DNA of 63,276 nucleotides, the filler included, from Intoshia linei (Eukaryota > Animalia > Orthonectida): the NCBI GenBank assembly GCA_001642005.1. It is 6 parts of 6 records of this genome, joined end to end, with 100 filler letters (N's around TTAATTAATTAA, not from the genome) between each part and the next. Parts side by side here need not be neighbours in the genome. Positions count along the whole stretch, not along the records: positions 24,926 to 35,060 come from LWCA01001293.1; positions 35,161 to 39,815 come from LWCA01001891.1; positions 39,916 to 52,333 come from LWCA01001081.1; 3 more parts are not named here. The stretch is one strand, 5' to 3'. Within the stretch, counting starts at the first letter, position 1. The number at the start of each line of letters is the position of its first letter. Shown here one piece after another: positions 26,990 through 40,487 of this stretch. A program made the position numbers and the translations under genes. Under the pieces are notes generated by a model. The model was not told the origin of the DNA, did not search any database, and saw only the letters and a list, made by a program, of their open reading frames with translations.

Positions 26990-27600
26990 AAATTGGTGTT
27001 TATCAATCTAAGAATCCTGTATTCATTGAATAGATCAGTTTTTAAGAGATCAGGCGGGACACTATTCCACTTATCTCTATTGCCGCTTTTAAGTTTTATA
27101 TAGAATAATTAATTTGTATTGATGTTGTAGCCAGTTCTGGACATAGTACTAATAGGTTTTCGATCGGATTGAGATTGGCTGACATACATACGGTATATGC
27201 TACCAGAGTAATAATTCACTTTTCACCTCTTCTATATAAGTTTTTGTTGATCTTGATACATGAGTGGGCGCATTATCTATTTGATATAGAATCTATACTA
27301 TAGATCAAATTGGACCCTGTGTTTCAGTATATTATTGAAAATTAAATTCTGATAATAATTTAACATCCATTTTAACATCAACAAAGACCATATATGTGTT
27401 TCCGTATTCCCAAAATTCTTGCCTGCATCATCAATTACACCAGATTTACATTGTCTTTTAGGTGTTTTGAGTATTTTCTTCCTGATATCATGTCAATAAT
27501 AAGAATAACCATCTGGTCCATCCAAACAAAATGTCATTTCATCTGAAAAACAAACGTTGTTCCAAATTCCAGCTTTTATTATTTATGACAAAGGGTGAGC
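26990..27600 (-). mobile_element. Tc3-like Tc1/mariner transposase relic
   Basis: Minus strand WNNVCFSDEMTFCLDGPDGYSYY*HDIRK, DNAPTH and NLNPIEN, with stops and frameshifts. Confidence 0.75.
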
Positions 27601-28449
27601 AAAGTGCAGCTTATTAATTATAATGATGAATTAATTAATGTTTTATTTGGGTTTAGTATCATTTTGATTCGTATCAAATATAAATTTAAATTTGAACTAA
27701 ATTAATCAATTCAATCCTTAACTTATTTAAAATTGAGTGTCTGTGTGTTACCGTATATTTGAAAAATTGACATTCATAGAATTTAAATAAACCCAATTTC
27801 TAATAGTTTTTGATACGGATGTTGATATCCAACCTTTCAATTTCGATTTTGAGTCCTTCAAGGTCAAAAACTCAATTTTCCCTTTTGTTTAAAAATAAAA
27901 TCATCCGACAAATATAATAAAATATAACTTCTGGGTGTGTTATAAAATCATTAACATTGTTGTAAATCTCAGCCTCAGAAACGCACATCTTTATGGTCTA
28001 CACTAGAGATTAGAACCGATTTAAAATCGGGGTCGATCTCAATTAAGCTATAATTCATTTTATTATAAGAGTTACTACATTATTATTTTAATTAATATTA
28101 AATCAAATCTATTTTTTACGCTTACATTCCAATTAGCTAGTGAAAAAGATACAATTCAAAATTGTTTGAACGCGTGCATGATTCAAAAACTTAGTGCATA
28201 TTTTAACAAGGATATATAATGGAAGTTGGTGCCAATAGTTTATAATGGCTTATTTCTTAAGATTTGAAGCAAATATTTCTGACGTTAAAATAGTATTTAT
28301 AATTAGGAATCCCAGAAAGTGGCGTAATAATCATATTATATAATTATGATAAAATGCATAGATGTATGAATTTTTTACTTATTGTATTTAAGTGAAAATT
28401 TATTACTAAGACTTAGTTAATCTATAAATATATTAATTTCTTTTTTGTT

Positions 28450-28720
28450 TGACAAAATGGTGCTTTAGGACAAAAATCTTGTCAATTGATTTACCTGACA
28501 GTTGTTACCTTGATTTGTTTGCAAATAATCCTAAAGCTGAAAAACATCGTTCTGATTCATATGAGGTTGGTTCATTAAAACGTTAACCTATTTTAATGTC
28601 ATATAAAGTTGATTCAACATGGGCGGAATATCCTTTTTTGTGTGAATTGCATAAACTCTACATTCTCGTTTTAATATAACATCCGTGTTTTCAATGGAAA
28701 TATTAGTGTTTTTTTTATAT
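28450..28720 (-). mobile_element. hAT C-terminal dimerisation-domain fragment
   Basis: Minus strand PTSYESERCFSALG. Confidence 0.45.
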
Positions 28721-29930
28721 TTTTTTAGATAACCAAAAGAAAACTCAAAATTCATCCATTTTATTTTTTAGGCAAGGAATTTTTATATTTGACCATGTCA
28801 TCAAAATCATCGTGGCCGTCGTTTTGAACTTGGAAAAGTGGTTTTAACTCAAAACACCCAAATTACCCTTTGTTGATGAATTAATTAAACATATCCTATA
28901 TTTTTATACAACATAAATTGTGAATAGTTTTTACAATCATAAGCATTGTCATAAATGACAACCTTAACAAAATGCATTTTCACGATCAAAACCACAGATT
29001 AACTTTTTTTTCAAAATTTTTAATTTTCAAAAATCTTAAAATCACTATATAATAAAACTAAAACAACAAAGTACTACAAAGTATAACTTTAATACAACTG
29101 TAATCATATTAACCCTTTGATATTATTAAATTAATTAGTTTTACGGGACAGAAAGTAATGGACAGAACCATACAAAAAATGACTTTTATAAAATGTATTG
29201 TATAATAAAAAGTATTTGTCAGTGTACTAGAAACTACCCAAAAGTGAGCCACAGTAAATTTCAAATTTTACTAAGAATGTTACGTTATATTGTCAAATTA
29301 TGATGGCCACGGTCAGGATTTTTGGTAGATATTTTGTCAAAAATTAAAAAATTGAAGAATTGAAAAATTTTCATGAATCTACAAAATTTACTGCATTATA
29401 ATTTTATTAATAAATCCATATTTTAAAATTTATTTTTTTAAAATAAAATTTGTTTTCATATTTTACACTTCTTTGTTTAAAATTACTACTGTTTTTATTT
29501 TGACTCACTCACCCTCAAGGTCGTAGAGCCAGCGGTAGGCCCTGACCAGATTAAAATTCTATACCCCTATCAAATTTTTTAAAAAAATGGTACCTCTATG
29601 CATTTCTTAATCGATCGTTCAGTATCTAAAAATTAAAAATAACTATAAAATTAATAAATAATAAAAATAAATTAATTGGAAATGTAGAACATTTTATTAT
29701 ACGATAATTGGGTATACTTAAGAAATTTTCCAACATTACATATTAATACATTAAAAAAGTAAATCTTCATGATTTTAGGCCATATGACCATTTACACGAC
29801 CCTGTTCACCCTACAATCTCGTGTTTCACTCTTATAAACTCGTTACACAAAGATGAAAATTTTCATCTAGACTTGTAAACAGCTTTTATCCCATTGATTT
29901 TATTGCACTTAAAACTTTAATGTAAAATAA

Positions 29931-31784
29931 ATGAACAACCTCCTCTCCACGGTTCTAATCAACGCCGTATTCCTCTCTCAGTAATATTAATATCTACATT
30001 TTAGTGTGAATGGTCGGATGAATCAAGTGAACTCTGTAATGAATATTTTGTTACGATAGATGATTTGGTAAACCACATTGACAAAACTCACATTATGGGA
30101 AGTAATCAAAACTATCACATTTGTTATTGGTAATAATTTATACCCTATATATATTTATTTCATTTTATAATTTAAAAAAATAAAAAAATATTGTGTTTCA
30201 CAAAATATATCTTTTGTGGTACCTTAATTTTATTAATTAAAAATATTATTAATTATTTACCATATTTTCATATTATTCTAGTAATATTGAAAAAGTAATG
30301 ATTTAAATTAATTAATATCAATTATAGATGTCTACAAATGACATTTTTTAGATATTATCATTTTTACATAAATTTATCTTTTTTTTAAAAGAAAAGATTG
30401 AGTCAAATGAATAAGGGTTATTTTTATGAAATTAACATTTATTGAGCAGCAATCGTAAAACCTTTCCAAGTTTTTAACAACCATTTTAAAATTTTGATCA
30501 AATTTGATGTTTTCTAATTACATTTGACCTCTTAAGCAACCTAGTATAGAGCAGATGTTCTCAACGGTGGGCGATTTTTTTATTTTATTTCAGAAAATAC
30601 ATAACCTAAAAAGTTTTTTTACTGATAACAAATAATCTCTAAAAAAAGTTAATAAATTATAAATTTGTAAAAATCTTAACATTGATACAATTTTCTTACG
30701 GTTAATTTACTAATTAATCGATATTTAGGAGTACAATGTACAAATGTATATTTAAAATAAAATTTTTTATATTGTTAATTATAAAAAATATAATTAAATT
30801 ATAATTATAAATTTTAATACTCCGCTATTGTATAAAATAACATACAAAGGTAGTATTTTCTTTACTTTACAATTTTTTAAGAGAATTATTGGTTCTACCT
30901 GTCGATTCTTTAAAAAATTGAGTAACAGTAACAACTTTTTTATAAATTATAGAGGGGGGCGATTTCAAAAAAATATGTGTGAATTATGGGCTTAGGGGGC
31001 GATTCTATAAAACTTTGAGAACCCTTATATAGTGTATACGATGGATTTATTTAACTTCAAAAACATCAAATTTATGACTGTTATAATCCCTATTGACCAC
31101 CCTTACATTAAATAAATTATAGTTTTCAACCGATATAAAATATATCTATATTTAGGAGTGATTGTTCAAGATTGCTGAAACCATTTAAAGCAAGATATAA
31201 ACTGGTTAATCACATTCGAGTTCACACTGGAGAAAAACCATTCCATTGTAATTACCCAAACTGCACAAAGAAATTTGCAAGATGTGAAAATATGAAAATA
31301 CACGTACGAACACATACTGGTAAATAAAATTAAAAAATAATAATTACATTCATTGCAATACGAATGTTAAACCAGTAAAATTGAAATTTTTAAAATTGTG
31401 ACACTTTCACAAATCTGTTAATGCATTTGAAATTTAGCTCTAAATTATTAAAAAAACGATTGAAATATTATACTTTCGCAAATTTAACCCATAAAAATGT
31501 CACTATTTTTGTTTTACAAATTAATTTAAGTGATGATTTCTAATCTAACAATGTGAATTTGACAATTTTTAAACATGTCAATTTATATTTTTTACATATT
31601 TTTAGGAGAAAAGCCCTTTAAATGTTTGTATGAAGGATGTATAAAAAGATTTGCTAATTCGTCCGATCGTAAAAAACACGGACTAGTGCACACGGATGAC
31701 AAATATTACAATTGCCCACATGAGGATTGCAATAAAAAATACTCACATCCCAGTTCTCTTAGAAAACACATGAAAAAACACTAA
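29931..31784 (+). CDS. Zic: Zic family C2H2 zinc-finger transcription factor (five fingers)
   Basis: Exons 29931-29966 (inferred), 30005-30129, ~31156-31319 and ~31606-31784 give CEW...[46 protein letters not shown] and [14 protein letters not shown]. Confidence 0.92.
30552..31026. mobile_element. hAT MITE in a Zic intron
   Basis: CAGATGTTCTCAAC ... TTGAGAACCCTT; degenerate TSD GTATAGAG/ATATAGTG; body similar to 38100-38360. Confidence 0.7.
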
Positions 31785-32011
31785 TATAAATGATATGAAT
31801 TTAATAAACGATGAGTTATTTAACCTTTTCTGATTTAAATTTATTAAAATTACAATTTATACATCTGTGCTTTGATAATTACACTGTTTAATTTCCATAC
31901 ACTATCATGATTCATGACAGATATATCCTATTTACAAAAATATAAATTAAATGTGTAAATAACTAATGCAGTTGTCGATATAACAGCTGATTGAATTAAA
32001 TATAGATTTAA

Positions 32012-34422
32012 ATGAATTCATGCAAAAGAAAAAACCAGTCCTTATGTCAGAGGGAAACCAGAGGTTTTTACCTCATGATATTCATATCTACTTCCTATTT
32101 CATTGTTGAATTAATTTTTGGATATTATACAAATTCACTATCATTGATTTCGGATGCATATCATATGTTTGGCGAGATTATCGGATTTTGCATTGGTCTA
32201 ATTTCAATCATTGTAAGATTTATAAAAAATTTTCATTTATTTTCAGTGTAATTTCTATTTATCAAATTTAGTTTTCAAAAAAATATTACGACTCGAAAAA
32301 TGATAAATACAGTTACGGGCGTTGTAGAGCTCAATTTGTTGGGGCTTTAGTTAATTCGGTTTTTAGAATATTTATATGCTTTACAATTATTATCAAAGTT
32401 TTAAGTAAATTTTTTTCAATTTACATTATAATCAACTCTCCTGGATTGGTTACAGAACATCAACTTCACAGCAAACATTTTATTCCTAATCATCACATTA
32501 TTTCGATATTATTTGTAGCCATTTTCGGATTAATTATTAATATTATTGGATTTTTTGTCATTAATCACAGTGGTAATTTTATTTTACATTTTTTCTCAAT
32601 ATTCACTATAATTCAACTTTATAATTGGGATGTTACAAAATTTTTTTAATGTGCAACATGAAATATTTTTAAATGAATCGAAAATAAAATAAATTTAAAA
32701 AAGTTAGTTATTCGTCACTGTTATTATTAGTAGTCTGTATTACAGGTAAATGAGAAATAACATGATTTTCAGATTTAAAACCCAATAAAATAACAATCGT
32801 AAGGAATGATATCTTGCATTTGTTATCGATTGAAACTTTTTCAATGCCAAGTATTGGATGAACTAATAATTTTAGAAAAATTTATAACAAATAAAAATGA
32901 AAAAGAAATAAATAAAAAACAGTGAAAATTTTGAATACAGACGTAAATAACTATCACTGCATATTAAACCCTACTATTGACACTTCAAAATTTGCCCATT
33001 TTCCATAAATCAATCAATATATTGAAAAATATTTTTTACACAATCAAGGGTTATACATAAAATTATAACTTTCATTTAAAATTTTAGAATTTTCATCAAA
33101 ATAAAATTTGATTTCTCTCTGAAAAAACTTGGTTTGTTTCTTTATGGTTTTTCTAGAAAGTGATGCTCCAAATACTGAGAACTCTAAACGACATAAAAAA
33201 TTTTGCTCTCCGGTGCTCTATCATCCAGAACCATGAAATAACAATAATTAAAATTACAATTGATCCGCAAAAAAAATGTAGAAAAAATTTTAATTTAAAT
33301 CGATTTAAAAAATATAAGTCAGCATTTTTGCTAAACTTTTTCTCGATGCCTAGTTTGAGAAGCCCTAGTATACATTATATTGATTGTAAATGTTGTTTTG
33401 GTGCAATGTGTAATATAGGGGTCGGCAACCTTTTGCATCTCGTGGGCCACTTTTTTTATATCAAAAAAGTCTACGGGCCTTTTTGAAAATTTACACATGA
33501 TACATTTTAATTTTAATTAAAGAGAAACGGTTCTAGTATATTAAACAAAATAAAATCCAAGGCGTTTGAAAATTCAATATTAAAATGATTATAGTGAGCC
33601 AATTGTACTAGAAAATGGCTAAAACGGTGTTTAAAAGTTTAAATTTAATTGAAAATTTAAAAATGAATAATTTACATATTTACGAAAATAGCCACCAAAA
33701 TTATTATGTTGACTACTTTTGCCCGCGGGCCACTGGTTTCCGCCTGTGTTGTAATGGTTAATAATTATTAATGATTATAATCATTAAGTAAATAATTAAA
33801 ATAACTTGATATATCATTTCATATAATAATTTTTTAATTATTATTTTAAATAACATTTAGGCAGAATAATTGATGATAAAAAAAATGCGAAATCTCATAA
33901 AACTAGATCATTACTGTCTGAAAAATCTTCAAATGGAATTTTATGTGCTTCAGCTAAAAAAGGAAAAGAATACATGGATAATATTATAAATTTTAAAGGT
34001 ATTTAATTTTTATTTAATTATGAAGACATTACTTCAAAGAATGCCGCGTTACAGGTTTTCAAGGGAGCACGTGCTCCCAAAATTTTATGCATACATTGAA
34101 ATGATAAATAACCATAATCAAGACAAAATAATTTTCATTTATTGATATAAGTTTTGTTATACACATATATTATTGCATTGTCTCAATTTAATTAAAATTT
34201 GTAGTTAGTCCAAATTTAAACATTCGTGGAGTTTTGTTGCACGTCGTAGGAGACATTCTCGGGTCCATCTTAATTATTGTCAATGTTCTTTTAATGCTGT
34301 TGGTTGAACAACACTGGATTCAATATATAGACCCAATTTGCAGGTTTTGTTAATTTTATTTAATATATTAAAATTTAGTTTACTAATGGTAGTAATTTTA
34401 ACATTTGCCAGTTTATCAATAC
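32012..34422 (+). CDS. Cation diffusion facilitator, ZnT1/SLC30A1-like; 3' part missing before spacer 2
   Basis: YFIVELIFGYYTNSLSLISDAYHM, YSYGRCRAQFVGALVNSVF, GLIINIIG, NIRGVLLHVVGDILGS and YIDPIC. Confidence 0.85.
33416..33748. mobile_element. hAT MITE in a ZnT intron
   Basis: TAGGGGTCGGCAACC left end; GCCCGCGGGCCAC subterminal motif at the right; degenerate 8-bp flanks. Confidence 0.55.
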
Positions 34423-35060
34423 GTAAGTTATATAAATGTATTGAAATATTTTGGATCAATTATAATTTATCATGACATTGATTGAACTTTTAATTTTTCT
34501 TATTTTTCAAATATTCTGAATTTAAAAATTTGTAAAATTACAATTAAGAGTTACAATATAATTTTTTGAAATTTAAACTATTTATGACACTGTTTAGGAT
34601 TTTACTGTTTTTACTTTATTTTTAACATTATAATATACACCCATTCTCCCCAATAAATTGAAAAAATCGGATAACAGAATTGTTTATAAAATTCTTTATG
34701 CAAATGTTAACAAAATAAAATAATAATTTACTTTAAATTTAATGTATCGTGTAATGACCGGTCTATGGTGAAGATTTTATTACACTGTCCAACCTTGCAA
34801 AAAGAAACTTAATGTAACATATATAACAGTGGCGTAGCGTGACTTTTCTCACAAGGTGTGAGCTACTAGATCTTTGGTAACATAATATTTTTAAATAAAA
34901 TTAAAATTAATACCTTAAATATAAAGAAATGTTCCAAAAAAAATGTTATAAGGGATCGCGAATACAGAAAATTTGAAAACCACTTCTATGAAGCATGCTT
35001 GAAAGGTAACTTGTATTTGATATGAATTTAATTTGTTTCATTCTTGTAAATAAAATTTTT

Positions 35061-35160
35061 NNNNNNNNNNNNNNNNNNNNNNNNNNNNNNNNNNNNNNNN
35101 NNNNTTAATTAATTAANNNNNNNNNNNNNNNNNNNNNNNNNNNNNNNNNNNNNNNNNNNN
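35061..35160. other. Assembly spacer 2
   Basis: N44-TTAATTAATTAA-N44. Confidence 0.98.
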
Positions 35161-36084
35161 TTATAGTTTTTACTTTTTTAGGGTTGTTAAATATTTGTTC
35201 TTGATCATACACTATATATGATATAAAAAAATGTCTTAAATCATGAACCAGGAGTGTTTAAATTAATTACAATTGGGGTGCCTAAGACTTATGTCAGGCA
35301 CTGTATTATCATCCAATATTTCTGAAATGTTGGAATTAATTAATTTAAAATTAAAAATGAAAATGTAAATATTCATCTTACTGTAAGACTTACAATTTCA
35401 AAAAAAATTACATTAAACTTCTAATTACATTTCCAATAAAGAGATATGGGTGAAAATGTCAAAATTGATTCCTTCGGATTTTTTTTCATTACTACGCAAT
35501 TTTAATAAAATCAATAAACCGCTGACATGATCCATGTAATTTTATGGCTAGCGCCCATATTTGCATATAAAATTTAATATTGAGCAATATATCAGTATAA
35601 GACAGATTATGTAAACATATCCATGATATAGTATATGTATGTCAATCTTACATGTTGGCAAGATGGTTGATAGTACTATTTAAAATTTAAATGTATAACT
35701 ATTGTCGAAATTACTACAAAGTCTCAACAGTACTTACTATTCTCAAATGTCATTTTACAGTTTTCATTAAATGTTTTATTGATCTTGAATAACAATTTTG
35801 GCTCACAAAATAAGTCAGGTAAAAATATATTTAGTAGACTGACTATGAGATACTTTATGAGCGATTTGGTAATATATTAAATCAAGTTGAGAACATTAAT
35901 GTCACCAACAAGTCAAAAGAAGCTTATAAAATACATGATCAACTTATTTATTAAACTAATACAATATTGATTTTAACCCATGTGTCTTAACAACCATAAG
36001 TGTATTCAATAAATCCTAGTTTAGAACATGGAACTCCTTGCTAATATTAAAATTACCATTTTAATTTATTTTAATTATTAGTAA

Positions 36085-36581
36085 ATGAATTTTTTTGCGG
36101 AAAATTATGATTTAAGAGAAGAACTCGGAAAGTAAGACTGTTTAATATAAAACGTCATAGTTTTAGAGGTGCATTTTCTATCGTTAGAAGATGTATACAT
36201 CGATCAACAAAAAAGGAATTTGCCGCAAAAATCATCAATACAAAGAGGTTATCTGTTAGAGGTGAAATTAACATTGACGGGTATAAAGTGAAATACATTT
36301 TAGATCGAGCAAAAATTGACAGGGAAGCCAGAATATGCCGTCAATTGAATCATCCAAATATAAGTTTTTTTTATTTTGTATAATTTTTCACGTAATGCTT
36401 AGTTAAATTGTACGATGCGATTCAAGGCGATAACTTTTATTATCTCGTTTTCGATTTGTAATTTTTTTAATATTTTTAAATTATTTGATAAAATGTTAAA
36501 TCTGAATCCATTTAGAGTTACGGGAGGGGAATTATTTGAAGATATCGTTGCCAGTGAATTTTATAGTGAAATAAACGCCAG
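36085..36581 (+). CDS. CaMKII: Calcium/calmodulin-dependent protein kinase II, first five exons only
   Basis: YDLREELGK|GAFSIVRRC...[15 protein letters not shown]|[20 protein letters not shown]|...YYLVFDL|[18 protein letters not shown]. The remainder is not seen before spacer 3. Confidence 0.93.
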
Positions 36582-38099
36582 GTAACTTTTTTTTATTTTT
36601 TACACCGAGCTGAATTTAAATGTAAATTTTCTCAAATATAAATATTATGTTTAAATAAATATTGCATAATATAGTATGGTACATCATATCTTCACTTATA
36701 TATAAAATTGAATGTTTTCAAATGAAGTAGATAGTCTTACATAATACAATAATCAAAAATTTATTTTATTGATGTGGGTTAAAAATTTTGAAAATATTGA
36801 ACAAATTAAGGCGTTTCATAAATTTAATTTGCATTTATTAAATTAAGAGCTGAGAAATAGTACCGATTGACTTAATTTAATTTTTCATTTATTTGTGATT
36901 ATTTATCTAATTTATTTTCTCAAGTGATGAAATGAATTAATCCATAAAAAGTGTATTCATCAAAAATGATGTGAAATTTAATATTGATAAACTACTAGAT
37001 TACAACTAAAACACGCAATGAAATAAAATGCAAACTTTTCACCAATTTCTTATTAATTGAAAAGTTGTTTACATCGATCTGTTCATTCAATTCAATATAT
37101 TATTATATTTGAATGATTAACGATACAATTTCTTTAATTATAATTATAAAACGAATGTTGTTCCATATATTTTATGCAAACTAAATTTGCAAATTTTATT
37201 GTATATAAATATAATTGACGATAATTACATTATGTCCCAGGATTTATTTGAAATTTTTTATGTAATATTGATTCTATTGACACTTGCAAGTTTTTCAATT
37301 TTAATTACCAATACTTTAAATCCATAATTTTAATAACTTGGTATTTTTAGGTATTTTACATTGTCCCATTTAAAATTTTTAACTGTATTTGTCTATTTTT
37401 TAATATTTGTGCTTATTAAAGCGAACGTATACAGTAGTAGTCGCATATGTAGTCGTATTGTAGTTTGATTTTAATATTAATTGGATTTAAATAATCAATA
37501 ATGTAATATATTTATGTATATTAATATTGATAGACCCACATTAAAATATTTATTATGTTTATGGCACATTTTATTGTACATGTATGTGGTTTTTCGTTTT
37601 TATATTGTACATTATATACACTTTGATACAAAATCAGATACAAAAGTTTGTATATTGTAGTTTATACGCCAATTATTAGTTTTAATTTTAATAATGTTAA
37701 TGTTTGGTTATTATAATAATAATTACATTTACTAGTTACATTTATTAGTTATACAGTATATCGAAGATATGTATTATCGTTTTCGTGTATTTTATTGATA
37801 ATGTGATAATAATTTTCAATAATGACATTATTAATCTATTGATTACGATTGATGTATTTCCATTATTTCAATTTTATTAAAAAATTAAAGTTTGAGATAT
37901 ACCAGTAAATCATCCTGGATGTGACCAGCTGGTAAACCTATCATTTTTATGATTTGATTGATAATTCCAGAACATTATAGTTTATCCACAAATAGATTCA
38001 CTCAAATACAGCGTTTTATTTTAACATTTTACGAACACTGAAATGCGAATCCAAGCTTTTAATTTTTATCAGAAATAAATAAAAAATCAAGTTCTAGAG

Positions 38100-39780
38100 C
38101 AGGGCTTCTCAACGCTTAGCGAATTGCTTCAAGGGGGTGATTTTTCTTTTTTATTTCACAAAATACATAATCTAAAAATTTTTTTTTATTTATAACAAAT
38201 ATTCTCTAAAAATAATTAATAAATTGTAGATTTGTCAAAATTTTAACATTAGTACAATTTTCTGATAGTTTTTTATTAATTAATCGATATTTAAGAGTAT
38301 ATTTTAAATAACATTTTTTATATTGTTAATTATAATTATAAACAATATATTAAATTATAAGATTATACAGTAGGGGTGTTCCAAAATTTTATAAATTAGG
38401 TCCAAATACTGATAAAGTTGAGTGTGATAGTTTTATGATAATCGTGAAAAGAATAAAAATTTTTAAAATTTTTGGTGGAAGAGCTTGCCATTTTAAAAAT
38501 TTCATACAAAACTGTTTTACGAAAACTAAAATATAACTTTATTTACTGGAATGTTACGATGAGATTCTGTAGTTATGTTTTGAGTAGTCTTGTGTTGTTC
38601 GTCATGTTTGGTTGTTCATTTTGCACCTTTAAATTTAATTCTTATTATACATCTTTTATTATACAAAATAAAATTTACAGTTTTTATGATAAATATTATT
38701 ATATCGTTAAGTTTCATCGATTTTCTACATAATGTCTCTTGATGAATTATACAATAAAAGTTTTTTAGAGAAATTGAAATGTCTTCATTTTTTAAATGTT
38801 TTTGCATTAAATTTACAATTCCTAACTTTTTGAGCCTATCATAGATGGAGCACCGTCCGTAGTAAGCCCAACAAATTTACGTATGTTAAGATTTGCTTTT
38901 GAGATCATTTTCATTATTGCATCAAAGATGTCTCTTCCAATGCAATCTCCTTTCATAGGTATCAATTCAAAAAATTCTTCAACAATTTCAAATTTGTAAT
39001 TTAGGCCTCTGACAAAAACTGTAACTTTTGCACTTTAATAAACTCTCCATCAGATACCGGTTTCATGCGTTGAGCAATCAATTTTGAAATAACATAACTG
39101 GCATTAGTATTATTTATTTCTGTACCCATCCTATTAGTGAATAGGGTTACTAACATTAAGTTATTCTCAACCCGAACTTTTGAGCGAAGCGTGTTATTTG
39201 TTATTTAAATTTTTTTTTGGGGCCCTCTTTTACTTTGGAGTCTCTTTTTAAAAAAATAATAACAGTTTACACATTTTATACATCAAATACAGTCGTTTAT
39301 TCATTTAATATAAATAAAATATGTCTGATCTGATGATTTTGATTAAAATAATTAAATTACCCTCAGAAATATCACTTAACCCTGAACCCTGAGTTGAATT
39401 TGAAAAGCCAAAGTCTCAGGGGGAAAATAATGTAGTTGGCAACCCTATTCGTGAACAAAATAGCCTGTTTTTTTAAACCATTTTTTAATTTATTGAATTC
39501 GTCTAATCTCAAATTTTATGAATTTTTTAAAAAGTCGATTTATGTTTGCTTTAATAATGAAGCTTGATGTTATTCACTTTATTAACAGCAACATTTTCTT
39601 GGCAGATTACACAAACAGGTTTGTTGTAGTGTTCCATGAAATAATATTCTAATTCCCATAATTTTTAAAAAATTTTGCATTCAGAGTCCACTTTTCTCTT
39701 TTTTATTGTCTTGCTCCTTTATGACGACAAAATATGTTACTATGTAAATTTTTAATTTCTCAATGTTAATTTTAATTATA
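38100..39780 (-). mobile_element. hAT SPIN/Buster (GTF2IRD2-like) transposase relic in a CaMKII intron
   Basis: Terminus CAGGGCTTCTCAAC at 38100. Minus strand KRKVDSECKIF...WELEYYF...PVCVICQE, EEFFELIPMK, TTDGAPSM and CIIHQETLC. Confidence 0.8.
39142..39447. mobile_element. hAT MITE nested in the SPIN/Buster relic
   Basis: TAGGGTTACTAAC ... GTTGGCAACCCTA with 8-bp TSD TTAGTGAA/TTCGTGAA. Confidence 0.75.
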
Positions 39781-39815
39781 ATGTACAATTTAGAATTTTA
39801 AATTAAAAAATAATT

Positions 39816-39915
39816 NNNNNNNNNNNNNNNNNNNNNNNNNNNNNNNNNNNNNNNNNNNNTTAATTAATTAANNNNNNNNNNNNNNNNNNNNNNNNNNNNN
39901 NNNNNNNNNNNNNNN
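39816..39915. other. Assembly spacer 3
   Basis: N44-TTAATTAATTAA-N44. Confidence 0.98.
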
Positions 39916-40076
39916 TGTATTTATATATTGTTCAAAAGTAGTTCATTATATGTGGAGTGGGTACCGGAATTTTACATATTTAACTCCTTCTCTAGCAATA
40001 TTATTAAATGATATATTTGTTACAAATTTTTATAACATTTTATTATGAAAATAAAGTTTAATTTAAACTTTTTAGG

Positions 40077-40433
40077 GAAAAATTTCGATGTCGAATGGCC
40101 GGGTCTAAACTCAACCAATTTGAATAATTTTTTTAGAAAAGTGATCACCCTAATATACGTCTTTGGTTCATATGATATTTTTTTACTAAATCCATATTTT
40201 TATATACATTCTATTGATATTATCAAGGTTTTATTACACATTTCTACAGTATTGGTTGGATTTACTGCAATGTTATTTTCTCATGAAACAGACATGTTTT
40301 TACATATTAATAATAACTTTTTTCTTTTATCGAGAATTGCATATTTTTTTCTGTCAAGATATGCTGAAACTGTACTTTTATTTAACGCCAAATGTACATT
40401 ACACAAAGCATGGCATTCTATAATATTTAAAAG
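40077..40433 (+). CDS. Probable internal exon of an unidentified membrane protein (boundaries approximate)
   Basis: Open frame of ~119 codons bounded by TTTTAG and GTATTT, with several hydrophobic segments; no recognised family motif. Confidence 0.4.
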
Positions 40434-40487
40434 GTATTTGGTAAAAAATAATATTAGACATTTATTATCAATTAAATAATTGAATTA

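Noticed and set aside
33160-33486. 108-aa ORF in the ZnT intron (and similar ORFs at 25748, 38472, 42715-43127, 47480-47913, 62771)
   Set aside because: They overlap TE relics or antisense strands and have no recognisable motifs; chance ORFs.
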